In this document: positions 38,900-50,840 of the stretch, one piece after another | Numbering within the stretch: the first letter of the stretch is position 1 | Layout of the letters: each line of letters starts with the position of its first letter | Assembly: GCA_030704615.1 (NCBI GenBank) | Contig: CM060733.1 | Span: 5,456,001-5,520,000, forward strand | Origin: Takakia lepidozioides | Taxonomy: Eukaryota; Plantae; Bryophyta | DNA length: 64,000 bases | Direction of reading: 5' to 3' | Notes under the pieces: generated by a model | What the model was told of the DNA's origin: nothing | Databases searched by the model: none | The model's input: only the letters and a program-made list of their open reading frames with translations | Position numbers and translations under genes: made by a program

Positions 38900-39454
38900 T
38901 GACCACAAGCAACCTACGGTGAACTGTGGTATCCTCCACATTTATGTGGAATGTCCTACAACGTAGGTCGTAGTATATTTCACACCCGCTATGGTCTTCT
39001 CCATAGTTATGTGGAATGACCTATAGTATAGGCAGTAAAATACTCCACACCCACACCAAGAGTTGCTCCAAAATACGCCACGTGTTGCCCTGACAAAAAT
39101 ACACGTGGTGCCCATACCGTTGCCCAGATGTCGTCAAGCCATGGTGACAGGTCGTCGCATAATTTTCCCGTAGGTGTGGACAAGTCCACACCCTTTGTAC
39201 GCCTAGGATCCACGTGGCGGTGTTCGCCAAAGCACACATCGCCCGTGGAAAAAGCCATTCACCCCGTGAAAAAAGCCACCTCTGGATTCAGCCACCCATG
39301 GACTTTTCCACAGAGCCACCCGAGAGTCAGGCCGTCCACGGGGTGTCCGAAAGCACTAGTCATTTCTTACACCCACGACAGGTGTGGATTGCGGCTGATT
39401 CCACACCAAAAAGTGTGGAAAAAGCCGTGGAAAAAGCCGGTTTCTCTTCTAGTG
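38900..39454. mobile_element. Right terminus of a CACTA (En/Spm) element with subterminal repeats
   Basis: Ends ...GTTTCTCTTCTAGTG (reverse complement CACTAGAAGAGAAAC), preceded by many direct and inverted TCCAC/GTGGA motifs (ccgtggaaaaagcc). Confidence 0.75.
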
Positions 39455-41552
39455 TATGAGACGGATGCTGGGGGTTATGGACGTCCGACTTTCCAAGGAG
39501 GCATAGTTGGGTTGCATGGAAGCTTTAGTATGCATGGCATCTGAGGGCCTAGTGGGGGTGTGTGGGAGTGCTTTGTGTGATGGTGTGATGGGGAGGGTTA
39601 ATACTCTAGCAGTGCGCTGATGGTTGGGTGATAGAGGGAAGGTCATTGGTCGTTGGTGGTGATTTTGATGAACATTAGGTGTCTCTTGTGTAGGATTATT
39701 TAACCGCGGCAAACATAAAGAGAAGGGGCGTGCTTGTTTGATCATATGAGGGGTGTTTGTATCAGCAGTTGGCTCGGATTGTGTGGAAGAGTGGCACATG
39801 CAATGAGTGTGAGAGAGTATTGTGAGAAAGTAGTGTGGGTAGAGAGTGTAAGGAAGTTGTGGGAAGGTATTGTATTGGGTATGAGCCAGAATTAAGAGTG
39901 CCCCATGTGGGTAAATAATAATGCAGTAACCGAAGAGTATGATTTGAGCACCATAACTGGGTACCATCCTGTACCGTGAGCAAGCTAATTGAGTAGTGCT
40001 AAAGGAGGCATAAACAACAAATGTGACACCAACATATGATGAAATTGGGGGGGCTGGTGATGTAACTGGCAAAGTAGCTTGCGAGATGATGACAATCCCC
40101 TCGGTGGTAGGAAGGAGAGCTGCAGTTGGTGAGAAAATCAGTTGCCGATTTGGGAAGGGGCAAGTCTCAAGCTGGTGGGTGGCTGTGGAAGTTGGTGAGG
40201 GGCCTGCAATCATTCCCCGTAGAGTGTCAGTAGAGGGCCGGTAAGATGGTAGTGCACACTGTAAGCTATCAAAGGTAAAGGCACTAGTGACTGAACTAAA
40301 GAGAGTGGCATGGTGGGCACAAGCATAGACGACATAAGAGGGGTACGAGACTCCTGTTGGTGGGACACCATTAGATTCAATGGGAGTGATCTGCCGGCAG
40401 CAGGAGGTAGCGGGTGTCAGCAATCGGAGCAGCAGGTCGGCTGCCCTGAGCAGGTCTTGTGGAGGAAATCTGTGATCTGTTGGTGAGTAGTATACATTAA
40501 TGATGATGGCAGAGGAGCAGGCACCTGGGAGGCAGACCTGTCATTGGCAATCCATACAATTGAGGGTGTCAGTACCTCACTCGGGTCAGCAGCAATTGGT
40601 AATGTATTAGCCTTGGAACGGGAAGCTGGGGTATTGTAAGCATATGCCAGCATACTTTGAGGGGCACTTTGGATCTGTAAAGGGCTAGTGTAGCAGCAAG
40701 AGGGGGGTTTGATGGAGCATACCTGGATAATATTAGGTGGGACAAGGAAGAGAGGAGCATTTGAGGGGCAGTAAACCTGGCACCAGCAGTGCGACGGGCA
40801 GAACCCAGTAGGGAGTGAAGACGGGAAGTCCAGATTGTGTTGAGGGTGAGTGCAAGGCCAAGCTCTGTCCTTGCTTCAAACTGCTGACAACTGAGGGTGA
40901 TATAGGAGGGCACCACAGCTGATGGCCCTAGCTTCCACGGCGTCCCGGTTTGTTGGTCTGATCCTGTGGGGTCGTTCCGATGGTGACAGAGCTGAATTGG
41001 ACGTGGTGTACACCAGGATTGAACAAATGCAGAGCCGACATTACTCCCATAGTTGGCTTGCGCTAAGTTCATTGGTGTAACAGGGTGGTTTGTATATGTC
41101 ATACAAGCAAAAAGATGGTCAGAGGGCATAATGTAGTAGATAATGGGCGGGGGTGATGGTGCAATAGTCAGATTTTGTATCTGCATTCCTGTTGTGTGAG
41201 GGAAGCCTTTTGTAAAGGTTGTAAATTGGTTGAGGTTTACAGAAGTGGCAGGGCAAGCATCAAAAAGGCAGATACTGGAAATCCGAGATATGTAGCTTGC
41301 AGCTGGAAGTATTGAATACCATAGTGTGTGCAATGCCGCATTGTTTGGTAGTCATGGATCTAGGACCCATCATTTGCAGTGTAGGGAGTATAACACAGCG
41401 ATGATGGTAAGCATACTTAGCCTCAGGGGTAGCAACTAATTTGATAACAGACTAGTGACGGGGGGAGTGGGCCCATCATTTGCTCATAGGTATCCAAAGC
41501 CTCCATCCCGTGAATGTGCAGCCATCTTATCAAACACTACCTTTGCATCCTT

Positions 41553-41870
41553 CACTACAAGAGAGGAGCATTTTTAGGACTACGGCTTTGGCGGAGTCAT
41601 AAAAACTGCACTAGGTACATGACTACAGAGCGCTGAAATGCATTACAGTTTTAGTTTTATGACTTTGTAGTATGGATATCACTACGGACTCCGGAAGAGT
41701 TAGGGACATTGGTCAAACATTGTTGACCATGATGACAGGGATGGTTTATATGACTAGTGTGATATGTTCGACTACACGTGGACGACGTTTCATGGAATCT
41801 TATGACTCCATGACTGAAGATGGTTTCAGAGCTCTATTTATACGACTACATCACTACACGTGTCATTGAA
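41553..41870. mobile_element. Left terminus of a second CACTA element with subterminal repeats
   Basis: Starts CACTACAAGAGA, followed by about 10 copies of (AT)GACTAC / GACTCC-like motifs in both orientations. Confidence 0.75.
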
Positions 41871-42944
41871 GGCACATATAATGCAAATAAGTTGCCCATT
41901 AGGTTGAAAAGTTACAAATTGCTAATAAGGTTGCCCATTAGTGTATCGTGAACAAAAAGGAGGGCTGGACTTGGCGTTTTTTTGTCTCCTGCGCACCACA
42001 CCACATAGCTGAGGGATGAACACGATGATAGCAGGATATGCAGCGTGGGATGAGGCGTTCAGCAAATGATGCACGAAGGAGAAGAGGAGGAGGAGACGAG
42101 ACAAGAGAAGCGAGCTCGCCGTTCTTGGGGAGTCAGCTTGGTCTTAGCAAGCATGTTTCAATCCTGACTACTCATCTACGACGTAGTGTTCGATCTCACA
42201 GACCAATCCGACATTACCTGACTACAGACACAAGAGCACACCAGAGGTCATCGGTCAATCCTCCTGGGTCATGGGACTACGGTGAGCATGTTCATAGCAG
42301 CGGGACAGGTCAAGGACAATGCGGTAGGCACCTTCTTCTTCACCCTATTTCAGCCTGTGTTGCCCTCTCCATCAGACTCGCCGCAAGATGCATATTGAAT
42401 TCTGTAGGTTAGGTCTTTGAGGTAGATCTGTGGTGGTTTTGGAGTGACTTTGGCAAGTTTAACTTGCCAGTGTGGGCCGCAGGGGGGGCTGCTATTTCAT
42501 GAGCCATGAGCCATGAGCGGCATGAGCCATGAGCAGAGTCGTAAGTGTGGAAAAAACATGAGCAGCACTATTTTCCGGAAATGAGTGTCCGCGGAATAGG
42601 GTTTAGGGTGCCACGGTCATAGGGGGAGAAGGACCTCCCGATGAAGGAGGTTCGGCAATGTTATTTAGAATTATATATTGAAAGGCAATGTTTCGCGAAT
42701 GGTAGGGTGGTACTGCTCTGTACAATGGGGGCCCATTTCAGCCTACCAGCCACTTGCAAAATCCACCCACACTCCCAATCCCAAACGAAATGAGCAATGA
42801 CGCATTCTGGGAACGATGGACACAGAATAGAATAAAAAGAGGGCACAATGAGGTTTTTATTGATCCACATGAATTGCATTTGAAGCACGTCTACTGTGCT
42901 GATTGTGCAATCAAATCTTTAGCCCTGTGCCTACTGAATACAAG

Positions 42945-43504
42945 TCACGTTGTCAATGGGACTTCGACTGCTCTCAGAACTAGCTCATGAGTCATGGGGC
43001 TCCTCCTGTAAAGTCGATTGCAGCCGTTGTACCGCCCCTAGTGATGTTCACCACAATGTCCTGCCCTTCAATCATACCACCATCGAATATGGAAATCTTC
43101 ACGTTTTCGTCGTCCACACCAATGCGAATGTCCCCATACAATGGAGAAGAGGAGCGCACTCCTTGAGGAGAATAGGTCTCTCCGATGGAGTCCACCCATG
43201 TCCAGTGGCAGCAGTTCCACCGCAAAGCATAGCAGTGCGCCTTCTTCTGCATGGGTGACCGTCGTAGCTGGGAAAATCGGAATCGAGGATGCGCAGGAGC
43301 CACGGACTCCTCAGACCAAGATCGTCACCCCGCTCGAAGGCGTAGTGGCCCAGGATATACTCAAAAGCCACCAATGTTTCCACAATCGAACCAGTATCTT
43401 CTGTGTAATCTGTGTACCAGATAACAATGTCTTCCGATGTGGCCGAATACATTGCATAATCGATGCCTCCAAATGGGCAAGGGTCCGGTTCCGAAGCACG
43501 GCAT
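42945..43504 (-). CDS. Unknown protein (~185 aa), paralog of 44060-44638; frameshifted in this assembly
   Basis: Joined frames: MPC..DPCPFGGIDYAMY...DIVIW...FEYILGHYAFERG...PWLLRILDSDFPSYDG...RWNCCHWT...PLYGDIRI...IFDGGMIEGQDIVV...HELVLRAVEVPLTT-stop; collinear with the paralog. Confidence 0.7.
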
Positions 43505-44059
43505 CCTTGCAAAGGAGGACCTGAGGACGACTTGGATGCAGATGACAATGACCTGCGGACAGCTACGAAGCCCTTAGATTTTGAAATGATGCGAAGCGGA
43601 AGAGCAGTCCGGCCTCCAATAATGGAGCATCTGGGTCCCACGTACCCACCGACGGAGGTGGAACGTGTTCATCACGCCGGCAGTGGATGAACCCATACAT
43701 CTTTCTCATCAACAAGTTATAGTTTGAGATCTGCCACCAAAGTCCATCCCCCCGGATAGAAATTCGGCGCCGCATTTACATCGAAGAGGGGATGGACTTC
43801 GTCGTGTCCAGTGGCTATCGGCCCACCTGGCAGTGAGTGCCCATAGTTTGCATGGCAGGGTAGGAAACTGAAACGGCTACATTCATGACAGCAGCCAATC
43901 TTCATCGGTCCAGGATCCTGTAGGGGGGAAATTTAAATGTGCCCTGGAGTGTTTGTGAGGAATTGCAGCGTTAGCTTGAACTTTTTCCAGCTACCGCGCT
44001 GCTCCTCCTCCATCCGGGAGCTGCTGTCATTGAGCGTACTCCGCTACTCTTTTTCAAGG

Positions 44060-44638
44060 ATGTCGTGTCGCCGAAATCCAGCCGACTGCCCTTATCATGG
44101 CCACGATTATGCTATGTTCAAACCAGAATCAGGAGACATCATTGTCTGGCTCTCTGTTTTCACAGACGCTGCTGGAATCAAGCAGAGTCTTTGCGCGCAA
44201 TGGAGTATCTGGAGGGCTATTACCGCTTTGAGCGAGGTGAGGGCGAGGGTCAATGCGGTCCGTGGGTCCTGAAAATTGTTGACCTCGATATACCAAGCTG
44301 GAAAGGGATGCCGGACAGATCACGCACGGCCTCGCTTTGGCGCTGGAACTGCTGCCAGTGGACCAGGGAGGACGGCACCGGGGAAAAACTATATACGTGC
44401 AGATCACTCCGCTCTTCCAGTGTATGGAGACATTCGGCTGAGTTGCGAAGACGAATCACACGGGCACATGAGGCCCACAGTGACCTTGTCAATGTATGAT
44501 TGTGGTATCATTGATGGACATGACATTGTCGTCGGCTCCAGCAAGGGCAGCAGAACGACCGAATTGCAGTTTACCTCGAGGTGCCGCAGCAGTGATGAGC
44601 TTGTTTTGAGAGGTATCGAAGTTTCGTCGACTTGGTGA
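44060..44638 (+). CDS. Unknown protein (~190 aa), paralog of 42945-43504; frameshifted in this assembly
   Basis: Joined frames: MSCRRNPADCPYHGHDYAMF...DIIVW...MEYLEGYYRFERG...PWVLKIVDLDIPSWKG...RWNCCQWT...PVYGDIRL...MYDCGIIDGHDIVV...DELVLRGIEVSSTW-stop. Confidence 0.7.
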
Positions 44639-44894
44639 AGCCCATGTAGAAGGAGGAAGGGCTTAGTTTTGTCTGCAGTTGGTAAATGTGAGACATCGTG
44701 TCCGATCAATAAACCCATCGTACCTCACTTCTGTATGATTGTGTTTCATTCTGTTGAATAACTGTCGGAATTGGCCCACTGTTTACAATTTGATGTCTCA
44801 TTTCTACAATGTGTCTGTCCGGATGAATATAGCAGAGTAACCGGTATGTGAGTCATGTGTCAAGAATATACCAGAGTAACGCCATGTCGGACAT

Positions 44895-45595
44895 TGAAAT
44901 GCGCCACCACATTTCCATGTGGGACAAGGAAATGCGGTGCATCATTTCCGTCCAGGTACACGAAATACCAACACGGGTCTATAAATTGGACAGACAACGA
45001 GGTTGGCATTGCAAATGCGGCGACGCATTTCCAGCTTGGCAATGGAAACTTCTTTTGGACAAGGGAATGCGGTGCCGCATTTCCGTCCAACACTTCGAAA
45101 AGTGTGACATTTCCGACCAGCGCGATGGAATGCGTTACCGCATTTCCGTGAGAGGGTCTGCAAATGGACAAATTGCGATGTCCGTTCTGGAAATGCGGCG
45201 CCGCATTTCCATGTCCGTCATCACTTTTTTTTACAATGGAATGCGGTGCCAATTTTTGCTGATGGGCCTGCAGTTCGAACAACGACCATCCCCAATATGG
45301 AAATGCGGCACCGCATTTTCAATTCCGCCATCTCGACCTCCTTGTTCGACCTCCTTGTTCGACCTCTGTAAGCGTGGTGGCATCCATGCAATGAGCGGGA
45401 GAGGCCAAACTGGCGTGTGGACAAAGGAAATTTTGGAAATGCGGCACCGCATTTCCAATCGGCCGATTACTTTTTACTATGCCAACATTGAAATGGAAAA
45501 TTTAGTCCCTCCCCTGTTTTGGAAATGCGGTGCCACATTTCCAAAAGAGGTTCTTAGAGTTGCCAAAATTTTGGAAATGCGGCGCCCATTTCTGA
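44895..45595. repeat. Left array of ~11 palindromes GGAAATGCGGYRCCGCATTTCC with irregular, mostly unrelated spacers
   Basis: Copies at approximately 44895, 44929, 45011, 45064, 45127, 45189, 45238, 45299, 45435, 45521, 45573. Confidence 0.92.
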
Positions 45596-45704
45596 TTTTG
45601 GGAGCGTCGTGGTTTGGGCGATTGTGTGGCTGGAATGCACACTGGAGAGGGGTCACGAATGTCGGGGAGAATTTCCTTTATATACTCTGGAAGAGAATTT
45701 ACAT

Positions 45705-48700
45705 TTACAGAGACTTCATTAAAATTCTATTAATCTTGAAATCATCCGAATCCTCATCCTGTTCTAGACTGTCCTGCTCCGCCTCCACCCCCTCAGTGCC
45801 TTTCTCATCTCCAGCGGACTGCTCGTTGGCCAGGCTTTCGAAAATCCCATCTTCCCCTTGCGGAACTGTCCATCTCACCTCCGTTGGGTCGTCTTCCTCC
45901 CTGTCTGCGTCGCTCTCATCCGCTGAATCACATATGTACTTTCGTACCCGTCTACCTGTCTGAGCTGCTGCCAACTCTTTCCTTATCCTTCTGTCCTCCC
46001 TAGCCCTCTCCAAAATCTGCTCTACTTTACTGGGATTCTCACTTCTTCTAATCGCTGTATTTGCGAGTTTAGCTGCATAACTAGGAGGGAGTAGTCCCTC
46101 ACCGGCTCGTCATGAAGTCGGCCCTCGCAAAGAACGGGACATTCTTCCTGGCAGGAAGTGTAGGCCCTACATGTTTCGACCCGGACCCTGCAATCCTGCA
46201 CATGACAATCATCAACGAGACTAATGAGAACCACAGTCGGGAAATTCCTTTGACAAAAATGACCCAGAAGGCTTTGCAAACTTACAATGTTTGCACTCAC
46301 TCGTATTCCGGGTTTCTCCTCCGCATCAATGTCCACTGTGTCTTCCTCGGACTCCGACGAATCCGAGGAGACTTCCGCTCTGTCGGGAGACTTAACATTC
46401 CGTTGCAGCCCTTCCAGATGGGATCCCCACACGGATGAATCCTCCTCGTAGGCAAAGAGGTGCCGGTCGAAAAACCGCCCAGCCCACATTGAGGCACCTG
46501 TTACAATGCCATCCACACATTACCACATGGCGCTTCAGATGTTGCGAACTACATCCTAACGAGAATTTGCAGAACAGCATAGATCAAGATTCTGCATACC
46601 TGTCCCACAGATGAGGTCGAGCACTGTGCCCCCCACGTCTGTGCATGTCTCCATAATTGTCTGAATGAAGGCAGGGCTCCGAGTCCGTGAGTACCGCAGG
46701 GGTTCCGTTGAAGTGAGGCTATGAGGGAGAAGTTCCTTGGGAACGTTGTTGAACAGAACGTCGTAATCGAGGGGGTCGCAGTTCGGGTCAACCTTTCCTC
46801 CCTCCTTCCGGAAAGCAAAGGTGGAGTTCTCCTTCACAAAGCAGTATGCATCGAACTGCTTCGTCTGCATACACATGGGGGAACGATTAGAAACCGAATG
46901 CGGCACCGCATTTGAAAACACCCAAGCAAATGAATGGACGAGTGCCAGTGTCGTAATCACCTTCTTCCCTTCCGACCGAAGGCCCAGTGTGTTGATGCAC
47001 GTCCACTTCTTTTTCAAATCGGGACGGCGCTCTTGCGGGTCCACTTCGCAATTCCTGTCTGAGTGTTTTTCCTCTGCTCGCCAGGACAACCACACAGCCT
47101 CTGTCGTCCAACACCATGCGGGCAAGCCCGAATCCTTTCTTCCAAAAGTCCTCCGAGTACCTGTTCCAAGATGGCAAAGCTTGCAGTCCTTCCACAGGCT
47201 CTCCGTCCGGAATATCCAAGATGATCATATCGCAAGACCACTCGGTGGCATTTCCGCCCTCCTACAATCCTTGTCTGCACACACCCTCTCAAAGAACGAG
47301 ACCATATTCTGAAATCCTGGGGTGTCGGAAGGCTCTTCGGCAGTCGCCTTCTTCAGTGCTCTGCCCTTCAGACCCTCCATGGTCTTCATGTATGCCAACT
47401 TGGCTGCCCGTCCATCCAAAGCCGCCAAGAAACTCTCATTTACACACTGGACTACTGTTTCGGGAGCCACTTTCGGCCTCTTCATTTCCACCGGCTCGAA
47501 AGGGTGCCCCCTTGGGGGGTTGAAGAGTGCCTTCTTTGCCGAGCCAGTTCTCGTGCCTCTCGTGACAACGGTGGGCACAGGGGAGGCAGCCTGCGTTTGG
47601 GGGGTGGGCTGGTTGCAAAGTCTCCATCGGAGTCCTCTTCCTCACCCTCTTCCTGAACAGGCTGTTTCTGCTTCTTCGTTTTGGCGGGTGTCACAACAGC
47701 TGCTCCTTGCTGGCGAGTCCTCTTCTTCGACCCCTTCTGTTGGGCCTGCACAGCTGCATCCACCGTCTTTTGTGCCATCTCAGCTGCCTTTCTGGATTCT
47801 TCCAGAGCAGCAGATTCCTTTGCCGACTTTGGCCCAGCAGGGACACGTCTTTCCTTTCTCTTCTCTTCTGCCAAGGGTGCAGATCTTTCTCAGACTCGTC
47901 AACAATACCGCCAGACATGTCCAGGTACCACGGGCATCCAACGAGATGCGCGGGATGCCATTGTTTCTGCATCTCGGGTGTGTAGACACAGCTTGGGCCC
48001 GCCACGGTCCAAGCCATGAAGAACGGGGGCTCTTGAGCCAGGGCCCCTGTCTGAAGGAGCACGTATTTTCATATACCTGCAAGGCAGTCAGCATGCGTGA
48101 GCAAAGTTGAGACCAACCTACTCGCAGAGTGCCACCGAAAACATAAAATGCGAATGCGGTGCCGCATTTCCGAGACAAACCTCGTAACCAGGCTTCGCAT
48201 ACAAGGGCAGCTGTGCTTCACCTGTAAACAATTCGCATTGCAGCTTTCCCCGCTCCCTCCTGATGTGTAAACTCCACGCTCCTTCTTGCTGTCTGTAGCT
48301 CTCTGGCGAAAAGGTTGTCCTTGTACGCACATCTGAAACGTGTCACGTAGTCTTCCAATGTCTGTGTTCCATCCCATTTGACGTACAAGCCGAACGAATT
48401 TGTGTGCATTACGACTTGCTCCTTCGCATTCGACATTACCTGCGATTCCCAAATGCATTGTCACGTAGCAGTTCAGGGAATTCATTTCAGAAAAGCAAAT
48501 CTGGGGAAGTACCTTGAATTACCTGGAACCACCAAGTCATACGGTTGAGCCACACATCCACTGCAGGGTCGGAAACTTCGAGTGGAAAAGACCACATTGT
48601 CCTTATGCTCTCGGATGCATTCCAGATCGACAGCCACCGTGTCTGCCATTTCCGATCCAATGTCAGGAGCTGGAAGAGAGTGGCTATTGCTAGGAAGGAA

Positions 48701-50840
48701 CTTCAGTGCATTGAAACCTCACCTTCTCTTTCGCCTCCACACATGCCGTTGAGAGTGATGCAGTTTCTCCAATTGCATGGTCGGCTGCATGGCCCGAGAA
48801 TAGTGTTTTGCAATCTCGGGGATGAAGTCCTTTCCAAGTGCCGGATCTGCAATTGCCACCAGCTTCACAAGCTTTGACTTGTATTTGGTTCTGGACTTGA
48901 CACCGGCTTCCTTCAAGTGCTCAGTCAATGACTGCAACGTTTTCACCTGCCCTCACTTTCCATGAAGAAGCGTTTGGCATGGCCCAATCCAGCTTGATGT
49001 TTGACTGCCAACAAAAACATGCAGAAGCGTTACATTCGATTCATGTGGAAAGATTACTGGAAATTGGGGAAGGATGAGCAGAGGGAAATTGGAGGACGAC
49101 TTACTTCGTATATCACCTCCACCATTCCATCCATAGTGAGACGATACCATGTCCGGTCTGTTTTTGCAACGGCTTTCTGAATGAGCTCGGGCTCCAGCAT
49201 TTCCGCAAACATCTGCGGATCAGTGAGACCAGTTTTCCTCACCCTGTACAGCATATGTGCCATGTGGGTATGCACGTACGCATTCTCAGTGACCCTGCAA
49301 GGCACACTCTCCAGTTCAGTACACGGAAGCACGGAAACAAACCAGAATGGAAACCGAAATGCGGCACCGCATTTCGAACGTGCTAGGGAGGGTATGAGTA
49401 TCTTACGAGTTGAGGTCCGCCATGGCATTCTTGAGCAGGAGGAGTCTGCCGCCTTCACCTTCAGGATGACACACTCCACCATGTAATGCCAGCCAATGTG
49501 CTTGGCATGGTTCTGCTTGATGTACTCCACCAGGCGAGAAGTCGGTGATTCCCGTCCCACACAAAGAACATTTTACCAGACATATGGCCGAAGTCTGGAT
49601 CACCCTTCAGCGTCGCCTCGAATTCGTCGTTGCGAGTGTGCCAGTGGGTATCCCACGTTGACAATTCATCGGCAGTGGGTCCACGAGTTTCGCCGTCCTC
49701 ATTCTCAATGGAAACGTAAAACGCTGCCGATCCCAGACGGTACCCTTCTCGAAATGCGAACTTCAGCTTATCCACATCTCCGGGAAGGGCCTGCCTGACG
49801 ATGGAAGGGAGACCATGCGACAGAGTGGGATTGAAGAGTCCGCTGGAATACCCTGTTGCCCAGAACTCTGCCAATGCTACTGTGTGTCTCCTCCAACATT
49901 TTATCCGCTGCACTTTTGAAATCCTCCGGAGACATGTCTGTAGGTGCCGGTAGTGGCTGAGCAGCTGGAGCATCCTCAACTGGAGCTGCACTCTAGGGCC
50001 TGTCGCGGGCAATTCTGCCATTGCAGAGGCCTCCTCCGGGCCTGCTTGCTCATCGGTGGTGAGGTCTTGCTGCGAACGTTGAGCGACAGCACCCTCCTCC
50101 GGTACCAAATCGAGATCAACGGTCGATCCCATTGCCTTCGCTGCAGCAGAGTCGGCCCCAACATCTGCAGGCGGGAAATCCTCCAGGAACTGAGCTTCAG
50201 CTCGTGGAAGCGGTTTTGCGGGAGATTGTTCGGCCGTCGCCCTGATTGCCTTCTGCTTCCCTCATCCTTGCAGGTGAAGGTGTCTGCTGCAATTGAATCT
50301 GTCTTTTACCCTGCTGCTTCATTCGCGTTGGGGGGGGTGAATCGGCCTGAGCCGGTTCAGAAGCCAGTAGAGGGACGGGCTGCTTCTTCTTCGACTTTGC
50401 TGGAGAAGGGCCCGACCCTGCTGGCGATTCTCCATGACCAAAGAACGCGAGTCGATCTCTGGGGCTTTGAACTTGCCCTTCGAAGCCGCGTCTTTGAATC
50501 GCACAGGGCTAGGCCCGGCAGGAATACCCGCGCTCGGGATCGGGTGGGTGTACGTGCTGCAGCTAGCTCCTCGGACTCTTCCTGCGGCTCTTCGGATTCC
50601 TGCGATCCCTCCAGCACGTCCACCTTTCCTGTTAGGCATGCAAACATGTTCTGCATTCAAGTCTCCTAGCATTCAGTCTAAGAATTACAGAAGCAAAATG
50701 GGGGGTTCGGTGCTCGATCAGCTGCGCACAGCCCGATCGCATGGAGCTCTCACTGGTGGCTGGGTTGCCTGAGTGGCCTGCTGCTCGGAGATGGCAATCT
50801 CCTCCTGTAGACGCATCTGCTTCCTCCCCTTCGGCATTGG
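45705..50840 (-). CDS. Multi-exon gene: ParB/Srx-like domain plus beta-class amino (N4-C/N6-A) DNA methyltransferase-like domain; frameshifted in this assembly
   Basis: FFVWDGNHRLLAW (DGNHR 49542-49556); motif IV-like DMIILDIPDG (~47203-47230); RTRSPAFIQTIMETCTDVGGTVLDLICGT|GASMWAGRFFDRHLFAYEED (motifs X, I, II), joined by removing GT..AG intron 46498-46599. Further GT..AG introns at 49295-49406, 49005-49104, 48077-48180 and probably ~46865-46960. Acidic and basic low-complexity linkers. Start codon uncertain. Confidence 0.75.

Noticed and set aside
42596-42610. Telomeric repeat (TAGGGTTTAGGG)
   Set aside because: Under two units; at most a telo-box promoter motif.
44848-45963. 371-aa + strand ORF with EMRxRIS repeats, and similar ORFs at 51226-52623
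   Set aside because: Products of translating the palindrome arrays; all frames give KCGAAF/EMRRRIS/GNAAPHF.
47322-50669. Plus-strand ORFs 47322-48110 and 49944-50669
   Set aside because: Antisense shadows of the minus-strand ParB-MTase gene.
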